A DNA stretch of 64,000 nucleotides, taken from Polyangiaceae bacterium. Lineage in GTDB: Bacteria; Myxococcota_A; Polyangia; Polyangiales; Polyangiaceae. Both the position numbers and the translations under genes were made by a program. The notes under the pieces were generated by a model that did no database searches, was not told the origin of the DNA, and saw nothing but the letters and a program-made list of their open reading frames with translations. Positions 52,950-62,435 of this stretch are shown here, piece by piece (position 1 is the stretch's first letter; every line of letters begins with the position of its first letter). The stretch is from NCBI GenBank assembly GCA_035063585.1, contig JAPSGB010000011.1, forward strand, positions 72,665 to 136,664, read 5' to 3'.

Positions 52950-54083
52950 GCGCCGTGCGCCGTCGCGGGCCGTCGCGGGCGCCGTGCGCCGTCGCGGGCC
53001 GTCGCGGGCCGTCGCGGGCGCTGAACGCGTCGCGAATCGTCGTTGTCTCGGTCACAACGCGGTTTCGTGACGCGTGCCCGCGCCGTCCGAGCGCTCCGCG
53101 CGCCGTCGCGGGCCGTCGCGCGTCGTCGCGGGCCGTCGCGCGCGCTGAACGCGTCGCGGATCGCCGTTGTCTCCGTCACAACCCCGTTTCGCGACGCGTG
53201 CCGGGCCGTCGCGCGCGCTGAACGCGTCGCGAATCGCCGTTGTCTCGGTCACAACCCCGTTTCGCGACGCGTGCCCGCAGCGTCCAAGCGCTCCGCGCGC
53301 CGTCGCGCGCCGTCGCGGGCGCCGAACGCGTCGCGAATCGCCGTTGTCTCGGTCACAACCCCGTTTCGTGACGCGTACCGGGCCGTCGCGCGCGCCGAAC
53401 GCATCGCGAATCGCCGTTGTCTCCGTCACAACGCGGTTTCGTGACGCGTGCCGGGCCGTCGCGCGCGCTGAACGCGTCGCGAATCGTCGTTGTCTCGGTC
53501 ACAACGCGGTTTCGTGACGCGTGCCCGCGGCGTCCAAGCGCTCCGCGCGCCGTCGCGCGCCGTCGCGCGCGCCGAACGCGTCGCGAATCGCCGTTGTCTC
53601 GGTCACAACCCCGTTTCGTGACGCGTACCGGGCCGTCGCGCGCGCTGAACGCGTCGCGAATCGCCGTTGTCTCGGTCACAACCCCGTTTCGCGATGCGTG
53701 CCCGCGGCGTCCAAGCGCTCCGCGCGCCGTCGCGCGCCGTCGCGCGCCGTCGCGCGCCGTCGCGCGCCGTCGCGCGCGCTGAACGCGTCGCGAATCGCCG
53801 TTGTCTCGGTCACAACCCCGTTTCGCGACGCGTGCCCGCGGCGTCCAAGCGCTCCGCGCGCCGTCGCGCGCCGTCGCGGGCGCCGAACGCGTCGCGAATC
53901 GCCGTTGTCTCGGTCACAACCCCGTTTCGCGACGCGTGCCGGGCCGTCGCGGGCGCCGAACGCGTCGCGAATCGCCGTTGTCTCGGTCACAACCCCGTTT
54001 CGTGACGCGTACCGGGCCGTCGCGCGCGCCGAACGCGTCGCGAATCGCCGTTGTCTCCGTCACAACCCCGTTTCGTGACGCGC
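52950..54083. repeat. Non-coding array of 12 x 51-bp imperfect palindromes with modular GC-rich linkers
   Basis: Unit ACGCGTCGCGAA-TCGCC-GTTGT-CTCGGTC-ACAAC-CCCGT-TTCGYGACGCGT starts at 53025, 53149, 53222, 53326, 53399, 53472, 53576, 53649, 53783, 53887, 53960, 54033. Linkers contain (GCCGTCGCGS)n. Confidence 0.95.
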
Positions 54084-54120
54084 TCCGGGCGTGTCACGCG
54101 CCCCGTGACTCGCGCCGCGC

Positions 54121-54280
54121 CGCCGGCCGCGCCGCGCTGACCATGGAGCAACGGAAATGTTCGTAGATGAACCTCGCCGGCCGCGCCGTGCTGACCATCA
54201 AGCAACGGATATGTTCATATATGAACATCGCGCCGCGCCGCGCTGACCACGGAGCAACGGAAATGTTCATAGATGAACCT
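54121..54280. repeat. Three tandem ~54-bp repeats each ending in an AT-rich palindrome
   Basis: GCTGACCA...AGCAACGGA.ATGTTC.TA.ATGAAC.T in copies 54121-54174, 54175-54228, 54229-54280. Confidence 0.92.
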
Positions 54281-55185
54281 CACCGCGGCGCGCGCCGGCG
54301 GCGGCGGAGCGCGGCGCCGAGCGCGGTCGCGGCCGCGAACGCCAGGGGCCAGGGGCGCTGCCCCGCGCGGCCGGGCGCGCTCGCGCACGCGGTGCAGCCC
54401 TCGACTTCGTCGTCGCCCGCGCAGACCGTCGAGTAGCCATGGCGCGGCGTGTCGTCGCACCGGCCCGCGCTCCGCCCCGGCGGGTAGCTCGCGCAGATCC
54501 CCGCGACGTCGTCGCTCTCGAGGGTGCGGAGCGCGACCGTGCCCTGGAAATAGCCGGGGGTCATGGTGGCGTCGGGGTCGCGCGGGTTGTGCGAGAGCCC
54601 GAGGAAGTGGCCGGCCTCGTGGGTCGCGATGGAGAGGAAGTCGAAGGCGATCCGCCCGTCCCCGAGGGTGATCTCGTTGTCGTGCGAGTTCACCTCGACG
54701 TCGGCGTCGTAGATTTCGCCGGTGCGGCGGTTATAAGTGACGGTCGTGAGCGCGAGGGTCGCGCCGGTGTCGTCGTAGGGCCAGTCGTCGTCGCGGAACA
54801 TCCACACGTTGGCGTTGCCGTGGTTCGAGCTGTACTCCTGCCGATCGCAGCTCACGAGCCCGCGCGACACCACGCCGATCGACGGGCCCGCGCCCCCCGC
54901 GCAGGCGGCGCCCATCCAGCTCGAGAACCCCGCGCCGACGGCGAGCTCGGCGTCCTTCGCGCTGATCCCCCGGAGCGGCGAGCCATCGCGCTGCACGCTG
55001 TAGGACACGCACGCGCCCGCCCAGAAGAGCGGCTCTCCGCCGACCAGGCACCCGTTCGAGTCGGTCGAGCAGGGCGCGGCGGCGTCGCCCGGCTGGCAGG
55101 TGGTGGTGCGACAGAACGCGCGCGCCGGCGCCGCCGTGAGGAGCGCGAGCGCGGCGATCAGCAGCCCGCCCGGCCTACTTCGCAC
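54280..55185 (-). CDS. Matrixin (M10-like) zinc metalloprotease with MYXO-CTERM-like tail
   Basis: Signal peptide; HEAGHFLGLSH, Met-turn ATM.P, L..DD..G; tail GC..C...hydrophobic helix-RRRRR. Confidence 0.88.
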   Translation of the reverse strand: MRSRPGGLLIAALALLTAAPARAFCRTTTCQPGDAAAPCSTDSNGCLVGGEPLFWAGACVSYSVQRDGSPLRGISAKDAELAVGAGFSSWMGAACAGGAGPSIGVVSRGLVSCDRQEYSSNHGNANVWMFRDDDWPYDDTGATLALTTVTYNRRTGEIYDADVEVNSHDNEITLGDGRIAFDFLSIATHEAGHFLGLSHNPRDPDATMTPGYFQGTVALRTLESDDVAGICASYPPGRSAGRCDDTPRHGYSTVCAGDDEVEGCTACASAPGRAGQRPWPLAFAAATALGAALRRRRRAPR

Positions 55186-55738
55186 GCGCCGCCTCTTCGA
55201 TGAGCCGCGTGGCCTCGGGGAGCGCGCGCCCCGCGAGCGCGCGGGCCGCCGAGTCGCGCGCGTCGACCAGGGTCGCCCGCCAGGGGCTCGGGTGGAGCCG
55301 CACCACGCCCTGCGCGTCCGGCGCGAGCCGGAACTGACCCTGCGCCAGGGCGGTCACCGCGAGCTGGCCGTCGGCGCGCCGCGTGAAGAAGAGCAGCGAC
55401 GCCTCGCCCGGGATGAGCACCGCCTCGCCGCTCACCACCTGTCCGACCTCGCCGACCTGCCCGCCGAGCGTCCGCACGATGAGCTCGCCGCCGAGCGCCT
55501 CGCCCGCCACGCGGCGGTCGACGCGGACGCGGGTGTCGGTCACGATCCGCCGCCGGCCGCCCACGTTCTCCCAGCGGCTGGTCGCCTCGAGCGGCGTGCA
55601 GGTCGCGACCAGCGCGCTCCGCGTGACCAGCGCCCGCAGGGTGACCGCCCGCGCCACGCTGCCCTCCGCCCGTGGCGCGAACACGAGCGCGAGGAGCGCC
55701 AGGGAGAGGGCAGCGACGGCGCGCAGCCGCTCGAGCAT
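55175..55738 (-). CDS. Secreted hypothetical protein co-transcribed with matrixin
   Basis: Signal peptide; L..LV..S..V, S.W......IVT, V...GG.VG, L.QG.F; overlaps the matrixin start. Confidence 0.72.
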   Translation of the reverse strand: MLERLRAVAALSLALLALVFAPRAEGSVARAVTLRALVTRSALVATCTPLEATSRWENVGGRRRIVTDTRVRVDRRVAGEALGGELIVRTLGGQVGEVGQVVSGEAVLIPGEASLLFFTRRADGQLAVTALAQGQFRLAPDAQGVVRLHPSPWRATLVDARDSAARALAGRALPEATRLIEEAARAK

Positions 55739-55937
55739 CGGCGCGAGCCTAGCACGAGCCCGCGCGGCGGGGGCGCGGGGTCCGGGCACGACGATACGCC
55801 AGAGCTCGCCCGGGGAGGGGAGCCCGGCCCGGCGCGGCCGGCGCCCGGGGGTCGATTCGCCGCGCGCCCCGCCCGGGCCTCTGCGCTATAAGAGGTGCCC
55901 GGCGCGGGCCTCGGGGGCCGCCGCCGTGGGTTCCCGC

Positions 55938-58625
55938 ATGCAATCGACCCGCTCGGTGGACAGACCCGGCCCGCTCCTCGAGCGGTTCTCTTCGACGCTG
56001 GCGTCCGAGCTCAAGCTCTACGTCGCGCGGCACCGCGCCGCGGTCGAGTCGATGATCCGCGAGGGCGGCGAGGAGGGCGGGCTGCCCGCCGCGCGCCGCC
56101 ACGCGAAGTCCTTCGACGGCGTGCTCGCGTCGCTCTTTCAGGCGGTGCAGGCCGTGCTCTGCGCGGAGGGCTCGTGGCGCCCGGCGTCGCTCGGCGCGGT
56201 CGGCAGCTACGGCCGGCGCGTGGTGGCCTTCGGCAGCGATCTCGACGTGCGGCTCCTCTGCGAGGCGGATCCGGACGGCGCGGCGCGGCTCGCCGAGGCG
56301 CTGCTCTACCCGCTCTGGGACGCCGGGCTCACCATCGGGCACCAGGTCGTCACGCCGGAGCAGCTCCTCGAGCTCGCCCGCGCGGATCTGCCGACCGCGA
56401 CCACGCTGCTCGACTGGCGCACGGTGAGCGGCGAGCCCGGCCTCGCCGACGCCATGCTCCGGCGCGCCTTCGAGGGGCTGTTCGGCGCGGGCGCCATCGG
56501 CGGTTTCCTGGAGCAGCTCGCGACCCGCGCCTCGCAGCGTCACGAGCGCTATGGCGGGTCGGTGTACCTGCTCGAGCCGGACGTGAAGAACGGCCCGGGC
56601 GGGCTGCGCGACCTCGACGTCGCGCACTGGGCGGCGCGCGCGCGCTGGCGGGTGGCGGAGCTCGGCGAGCTCGTGCGGCTCGGCGTCCTGGTGCCGCGCG
56701 AGTGGCAACGGATCGAAGAGTCGCAGAACCTCCTCTGGCGGATCCGCAACCTCCTGCACCTCTCCGCGGGGCGGCGCTCGGACCGCCTGAGCTTCGAGCG
56801 GCAGGAGCAGCTCGCGGCCGAGCTCGGCTATGGCTCGAGCGCCTCGAGCGTCGAGCGGCTGATGAGCGAATATTACCGCAACGCGCGGGTGCTCGCGTGG
56901 ACGCGCGAGATGATCGTCGAGCGGGCCATGCCGCCGCCGCTCCGTCGCCCGCACGAGCTCTCCATCGGCGCGGGCCTCAAGCTCATCAACGACGCGGTCT
57001 CCTTCGGCGAGCCGTCCGCGCTCGAGGACGAGCCCGCGCTCGCGTTCCGGCTCTACGACGAGGCGGTGCAGCGCGGCGCGCCCGTCTACCCCTTCGCGCG
57101 CGACGCGGTGGCGCGCATGGCCGCGCAGCCCGCGCTCTGCGAGAAGCTCCGCGCGAGCGAGGAGGCGGCGCGCCTCTTCACGCGGCTGCTCACCGACGCC
57201 CAGCGGGCGCGCTTCAAGAACGGCTCGATCCTGCAGGAGCTCCACGACGTCGGGCTCCTCGTGGCGATGATCCCCGAGTTTTCTCCGGTGGTCGGCCGCG
57301 TGCATCACGACGTCTACCACGTGCTCACGGTGGACGCGCACTCGGTCGCCGCGGTGGATCGGTTGAAGGCGCTCGTGCGCGGCGAGCTCGCGGCCGAGCA
57401 CGCGCTCGCCTCGCGGCTCGCCGCCGAGGTCGCGCGGCCGCGGGTGCTCTTCTTCGCCACCTTGCTGCACGACGTCGGCAAGGATCTCGGCGGCGGCAGC
57501 CACTCCGAACGCGGCGCGGAGCTCGCCGGGCCCATCCTCGAGCGCCTGCGGGTCCCCGAGCAGGACATCCGCGAGGTCGCGCACCTCGTCTCGAAGCACC
57601 TCGCGATGTATCACGTCGCGACGCGCCGCGACGTGGACGATCCGCGGACCATCTCCGCGTTCCTCGGCGACGTCCACGGGCTCGAAGGGCTCGCCGAGCT
57701 CTACCTACTCACGGTGGCGGACGTCTCCACCACGAGCCCCACCGCGATGACGAGCTGGAAGGCGCGCATGCTCGACGAGCTCTACCTCGCCGCCGCGCGC
57801 GTCCTGTCCGGCGAGGCGCCGTCGCCGAGCGATCGCGACGCGCTCGTGGCGCGGGTGGTCGAGCTCGTCGGGCCGCGCGAGCGCGGCTTCCTCGAGCACT
57901 TCCTCCGCGCGGTCCCCGAGCGCTACTTGGTCGCCAACGAGCCGGCCGATATCGCGCGGCACGCCGGCTTCGTCGCGGGAGCCGCGGGGGCGCCCGCCGC
58001 GGTCGCGGTGGTCGGCGCGGACGACCCTTACGTCGAGCTCGCGGTCCTCGCCGACGACGGCCCGGGGCTGCTCGCGCGGATCACCGCGGCGCTCTCGGCG
58101 GCGCGCCTCTACATCCTCGGCGCGCAGATCTACTCGTTCGTCGAGCCGAGCGGGCGCCGGCGCGCGCTCGATCTCTTCTGGGTGCGGAGCGGGAGCGAGG
58201 CCGAGGCCGCGCGCGCCGCCGCGCCGCGCGTCGAGCGTGAGCTCCGCCGGCTCATCGCGGGCGAGCTCACCGCGGCCGAGCTCCTCGGCGGGCAGGGGCG
58301 GCCGAGTCGGCTCGCCGAGCGCCCGACGCCGGGAGTCGCGAGCAAGGTGACCTTCGACGACCGCGCGTCGGTCGATCACACCGTCATCGAGGTGATCACC
58401 CGGGATCGGCCCGCGCTGCTCTTCTGGCTCGCCCACACGCTGCAAGAGGCCGGGCTCGAGATCGCGCTCGCCAAGATCAACACCGAGGGCACGCGGGTTG
58501 CCGACGTCTTCTACGTGACCGACGCGAGCGGCGCCAAGGTGGCGGACGCCGCCCGCATGGAGGCGATCCGCGCTCGCCTCCTCACCGCCATCGCCAGAGC
58601 AGATACCGGGAGAGCATCACCATGA
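55938..58625 (+). CDS. glnD: [Protein-PII] uridylyltransferase
   Basis: AVGSYGR, SDLD, LYPLWD, EPDVKNGPGGLRD, TVDAH, LLHDVGK (HD), two ACT domains (DGPGLL, DRPALL..TEG.RV.DVFYV). Confidence 0.95.
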   Translation: MQSTRSVDRPGPLLERFSSTLASELKLYVARHRAAVESMIREGGEEGGLPAARRHAKSFDGVLASLFQAVQAVLCAEGSWRPASLGAVGSYGRRVVAFGSDLDVRLLCEADPDGAARLAEALLYPLWDAGLTIGHQVVTPEQLLELARADLPTATTLLDWRTVSGEPGLADAMLRRAFEGLFGAGAIGGFLEQLATRASQRHERYGGSVYLLEPDVKNGPGGLRDLDVAHWAARARWRVAELGELVRLGVLVPREWQRIEESQNLLWRIRNLLHLSAGRRSDRLSFERQEQLAAELGYGSSASSVERLMSEYYRNARVLAWTREMIVERAMPPPLRRPHELSIGAGLKLINDAVSFGEPSALEDEPALAFRLYDEAVQRGAPVYPFARDAVARMAAQPALCEKLRASEEAARLFTRLLTDAQRARFKNGSILQELHDVGLLVAMIPEFSPVVGRVHHDVYHVLTVDAHSVAAVDRLKALVRGELAAEHALASRLAAEVARPRVLFFATLLHDVGKDLGGGSHSERGAELAGPILERLRVPEQDIREVAHLVSKHLAMYHVATRRDVDDPRTISAFLGDVHGLEGLAELYLLTVADVSTTSPTAMTSWKARMLDELYLAAARVLSGEAPSPSDRDALVARVVELVGPRERGFLEHFLRAVPERYLVANEPADIARHAGFVAGAAGAPAAVAVVGADDPYVELAVLADDGPGLLARITAALSAARLYILGAQIYSFVEPSGRRRALDLFWVRSGSEAEAARAAAPRVERELRRLIAGELTAAELLGGQGRPSRLAERPTPGVASKVTFDDRASVDHTVIEVITRDRPALLFWLAHTLQEAGLEIALAKINTEGTRVADVFYVTDASGAKVADAARMEAIRARLLTAIARADTGRASP

Positions 58626-59626
58626 CGCAGCGCCGAACGATCGCGCTCATCGCCCTCGCTGGGCTCCTCGCCGCTTGTGGCGGCCCGTCCGAGCCCGCGG
58701 AGCACCCGGCCCCGCCGCCGCTCGCGGCCGAGGACGGCCCGAGTGAGCCCTCGCGGGCGCCCGCCGCGGCGAGCCGGGAGGTGGCCGAGGCCTTCGACGC
58801 CATCCAGGCCGAGGACTTCGAGAAGGCGAAGCGGCTGCTCACGGCCGCGCGCGCCCAGCACCCGAAGGACGCGCAGGCCGCGTTCCTCCTCGGCGTCGCG
58901 AGCGAGAAGACCGGCGAGACCGAGGCCGCCATCGCGCTCTACCGCGAGGCGCTCGCGCTCGAGCCGAAGCACGTCGACGCCGCGGTGTACCTCTCCGCGC
59001 TCCTGCTCGACGCCGGCGACGGCGCCGGGTGCGCGAGCGTGGTCGAGCAGGGGCTCGCCGCGGAGCCGAAGCAGCGTGAGCTCATCGTGAACCGCGCGCT
59101 CTGCCTCGACGCCGCCGGGGACGCCGCGCGCGCCGCGCCCGCCTACGCGGCGGCGATCGCGGTCGCCCCGGACGACCCCTCGCTGCGCCTCGCGTACGCC
59201 GACGCGCTCTTCCGCGCCGGGCAGACAAAAAATGCCCTAGCCGAGCTCGACCGGATCGAGTCCGGCGGGGAGGACGTGCTCATCTCGGTCGCGAGCCTCT
59301 ACGGGAAGTTCGGCGAGCCCGCGAAGTGCATCGCGGCGCTCGAGCCCGCCATCATGCGGAAGCCCTCGCCGGCGCTGCTGGTGCGCCGCGGGCTCTGCCG
59401 GCACGAGCTCAAAGACGCGAAGGGCGAGCGCGCCGACTACGAGGCGGCCATCAAGCTCGATCCGAAGTCCGCCTCGGCGCACTACTACCTCGGGCTCTTC
59501 CTCCGCGCGGCGGGCAAGCGCGCCGAGGCCAAGAGCGAGCTCGAGAAGGCGGTCGCCTCGGCGGGCGACAGCGCGCTCGGCAAGGCGGCGGCGAAGGCGC
59601 TCGCCGAGCTGGGCGGCAGCCCGTAG
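58622..59626 (+). CDS. TPR-repeat lipoprotein
   Basis: Lipobox LAAC; multiple TPR motifs; coupled to the glnD stop. Confidence 0.85.
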   Translation: MTQRRTIALIALAGLLAACGGPSEPAEHPAPPPLAAEDGPSEPSRAPAAASREVAEAFDAIQAEDFEKAKRLLTAARAQHPKDAQAAFLLGVASEKTGETEAAIALYREALALEPKHVDAAVYLSALLLDAGDGAGCASVVEQGLAAEPKQRELIVNRALCLDAAGDAARAAPAYAAAIAVAPDDPSLRLAYADALFRAGQTKNALAELDRIESGGEDVLISVASLYGKFGEPAKCIAALEPAIMRKPSPALLVRRGLCRHELKDAKGERADYEAAIKLDPKSASAHYYLGLFLRAAGKRAEAKSELEKAVASAGDSALGKAAAKALAELGGSP

Positions 59627-59665
59627 CGAGCCGGCAGCGCCGCCCACAGGTTTCCGTCAGGGACG

Positions 59666-60727
59666 TCAGAACGCGCCGGCGACGCTGCCGGCGAGCCCGC
59701 CCGCGGGTAGCGGCGCGAGGCCGACCGAGGCGCTCGAGCGGCGCGGCCAGAGCAGCAGCGTGAGGACGACGCTCGCCGCTCCCGCGCCCGCCACGATGAA
59801 GGAGCCGGTCGCCACGCGGCCGGCGCTCGCGTGATCGTCGAGGGCGCGGGCGAGCTCCCCGCAGGGGGCCGCGAGCTTCGCGGTCGGCCCCACGCAGGCC
59901 GCCGAATCTCCGGGCGCGAGCCGCTCGATGGCCAGGCTCGCGTCGTCCGCGCGGCCGGCGGCGTTCGAGCGCGCGGCGGTGTAGGCGAGCCCGAACGTGA
60001 GCGCCGTCACGGTGAGCGCCGCCTCTCCGCCGATGACCAGCCAGCGCGCCGGCGAGCCGGTCGAGAGCGAGCTGGTGTCGGCCGCGGGCGCCGCGGCCGG
60101 TGCGCCCGCGGGGGCCGGCTTCAGAGCGGCTGGCGCTCGGGCGAGCTCGAGCGTCTCCGAGCGCGCGTCGCCCTCGGCGAGCGTGACGCGCCGGGCGACG
60201 CGCCGATAGCCCGGCGCGGTCGCCTCCACGAGGTGCTCGCCGGGATCGAGCCGCAGGGGCGCCGCGAGCTCGGCGGGCGCGAGCGGCGCGCCGTCGAGGG
60301 TCACGCGCAGCTCGGCTCCGGCGGGAGAGAGCCGGAGCTCGAGCGTGGGCACGCGCCGCGCGAGCGCCTCCTGCGCTGGCGCGAGGAGCGCCTCGACGTC
60401 CGGCGCGGCGGCACCGCCGCGGATGAGCGCGCCGGCGCGCTCGTACTCGGCGAGCGCCTCGGCGAGCCGGCCTTGCCGCTCGAGCGCGTAGGCGAGGTGA
60501 TAGCGGAGCCCGGGCGTCTCCTTGATGGCGAGCGCGCGCCGGAGCTCGTCCGCGGCGCTCGCGTAGTCGCCCGCGCGCTCGTGCTGGCTCGCTGCGGTGA
60601 AGAGGGCGCGCGCGGCCTCGATCTCCTTGGGGGTCGGCTCGGCGCGGGCCAGCCGCGGCGCCGAGCCGGCGGCGAGCGCCGCGCCGAGCGCGAGCGCGGC
60701 GAGCGCCAAGCTCCTCGGGTGCGCCAT
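59666..60727 (-). CDS. Secreted TPR + PEGA protein with C-terminal beta-signal
   Basis: Signal peptide; AR.LF, ETPGLRYHLA, LDPGEH.VEA.APGY; ends GGLAGSVAGAF. Confidence 0.8.
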   Translation of the reverse strand: MAHPRSLALAALALGAALAAGSAPRLARAEPTPKEIEAARALFTAASQHERAGDYASAADELRRALAIKETPGLRYHLAYALERQGRLAEALAEYERAGALIRGGAAAPDVEALLAPAQEALARRVPTLELRLSPAGAELRVTLDGAPLAPAELAAPLRLDPGEHLVEATAPGYRRVARRVTLAEGDARSETLELARAPAALKPAPAGAPAAAPAADTSSLSTGSPARWLVIGGEAALTVTALTFGLAYTAARSNAAGRADDASLAIERLAPGDSAACVGPTAKLAAPCGELARALDDHASAGRVATGSFIVAGAGAASVVLTLLLWPRRSSASVGLAPLPAGGLAGSVAGAF

Positions 60728-60731
60728 GCTC

Positions 60732-62432
60732 CTAGTCGCAGTAGCGCGGCCCGAAGGTGCGGCTCCAGATCTCATGTTTTCCGGTCGTCGGGTTCTCCTG
60801 CCCCCACAGGACCGCGAAGCCCTTGCCTTCGCCGAAGGCGATGCTCGGCAGCGCCGTGGGAACTCCGTCCATGACGAGCGTGGGTTTTGCCGCGGGCTTG
60901 CACCCGGGCGCGATCCGCCAGAGGCCGATGCGACCGACGCCCGACGACCCATTCCTGACGATGGTCGCGATCACGCTGCCCGAAGGGTGGGTGACGATGG
61001 CGGGGCGCATGAAGCCGTCATCGAGCTCGACGGGCCCGCACGCGAGCGACCGATCGGCTCTCCGCTCCTCGTATCGGAGGGTGGTGTCGAGGAGCGACGT
61101 GCTCGGTTGCCATACAATCGAGAAACCCGCGCTCGCGCCGGCGATAGCCGGACCGCTGTTGAACAACCCTCTCGGCGGGGCGGAAGTGAGATCGATTGCG
61201 CCGAGGAGCGCCGGGGCGCCCGTGAGCGTCGCGAAGCGGATCTTCGAGCTCGACCAGGCAGCATCCGTCGAATTTTCCGCGACGAGGCCGAGCGTCGAGC
61301 CCGAGAACGCCGCGCTCGGGGCCCCGAAGTGTGCGCTGGTCGTCTCGATGGTGAGCACGTTGCCGAGCGTGCCATCCTGCTTCACTCTGCGCGCGAAGAG
61401 CGTGTCATCGTCGGCCCAAGTGACGATGTGCTGCTTGGTGCCCGCGTCCCAGGTGACCGCCGGGTTCCACCCGTTCCCGAGCGTCACCGGCTTGTCCACG
61501 CGGAACCCGTCAGCCCCCACCCGGGTGAAGCGGATGACGCTCCCGTCGCTGTCCTCCCACGCGATCCCGAACCGCGTCTCGCCCCACGCGATGGCGGGTG
61601 CGTTCTCGCTGGAGGGAGAAGACGTCCCTCCGGTGATGGCGAGCGGAACGTCGCCGAACGCGGTGCCCGCCGAGCTCATGGGCTGGAAATACACTTTGCT
61701 CGTACCGGTGTGCTCGTCCGCCCACACCACGCCGAACGTCTTCGAGTTCGGCCCCCACGCGAGCTTTGGCGGCAGGACGTCGCCGCTCACTGAGACAAAC
61801 GCCGCGTTCGAGCCCGAGAGCACGAGCCCGTCGTCGAGATCGAGCTTGCCGTCGCAGTCGTCGTCGATACCGTTGCAGAGCTCGGTCGCGCTCGGGTGAA
61901 CGGCGGCGTTCTCGTCATCGCAGTCGTCGCCCGGGCTCGCCGCGCAGGCCGCGCTCGGGTGGCCGTCACTGTCGGCGTCGAGCGCGGTCACCTGGCAGCG
62001 CGGGCCGCCCGCGGTCTCCTCGCACGCGCCGAGGGCGCAGTGCTTCGCGTCGGGGTTCGCGCACTCGAACGGCGTTCCGCCGACACAGCGCCCCTCGAGG
62101 CACTGCTCCTCGCCGTTGCAGCCAAGGCCGTCGTCGCAGTCGGGGTCAGCCACGCACTCGGGCTGCGTGCCCCTCCCCGCGCCGCCGGCCGCGCCGCCCT
62201 GACCCCCGGCCCCCGCGCTGCCGGCCGCGCCGGCGGCGCCGCAGGTGTGCGTGTCGCCGCAGCCGACGCTCTCGGAGCTGCACCCAGCGAGCAGCGACGC
62301 GCAGAGCGTGAGAGCGAGGGTCGCGGCTTGGGCGCGGAGCGGCTCGAGCGGCGCGACGCGCCGGCGCGGGGTCGGATGGGACGGGCGCGGGGTTTCGGGC
62401 ATCGGGGCGGTCCTCGGGTGCGAGTGGGTCAT
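60732..62432 (-). CDS. Cys-rich lipoprotein with MopE-like metal-binding motif and repeat-beta C-terminal domain
   Basis: Lipobox LAGC; CDDGLGCNGEEQC; DADSDGH, DCDDENAAVHPSATELCNGIDDDCDG; repeated P.(L/I)AW....F...W blades. Confidence 0.78.
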   Translation of the reverse strand: MTHSHPRTAPMPETPRPSHPTPRRRVAPLEPLRAQAATLALTLCASLLAGCSSESVGCGDTHTCGAAGAAGSAGAGGQGGAAGGAGRGTQPECVADPDCDDGLGCNGEEQCLEGRCVGGTPFECANPDAKHCALGACEETAGGPRCQVTALDADSDGHPSAACAASPGDDCDDENAAVHPSATELCNGIDDDCDGKLDLDDGLVLSGSNAAFVSVSGDVLPPKLAWGPNSKTFGVVWADEHTGTSKVYFQPMSSAGTAFGDVPLAITGGTSSPSSENAPAIAWGETRFGIAWEDSDGSVIRFTRVGADGFRVDKPVTLGNGWNPAVTWDAGTKQHIVTWADDDTLFARRVKQDGTLGNVLTIETTSAHFGAPSAAFSGSTLGLVAENSTDAAWSSSKIRFATLTGAPALLGAIDLTSAPPRGLFNSGPAIAGASAGFSIVWQPSTSLLDTTLRYEERRADRSLACGPVELDDGFMRPAIVTHPSGSVIATIVRNGSSGVGRIGLWRIAPGCKPAAKPTLVMDGVPTALPSIAFGEGKGFAVLWGQENPTTGKHEIWSRTFGPRYCD

Positions 62433-62435
62433 GGG

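Noticed and set aside
52950..54083. CRISPR array (GTTG...CAAC inner motif, regular spacing)
   Set aside because: Intervening sequences are two recurring linkers rather than unique spacers, and no cas genes are in the window.
52950..54083. Integron attC cassette array or protein-coding repeat ORFs
   Set aside because: No ORFs between units, no GTTRRRY right end, no integrase. The 73/104-bp periods shift frame, so the listed ORFs are artefacts.
54212..54227. Canonical parS or LexA box
   Set aside because: Only the outer TGTT/AACA bases match parS and the CACGTG core is absent. Half-site order and spacing differ from GAAC-N4-GTTC.
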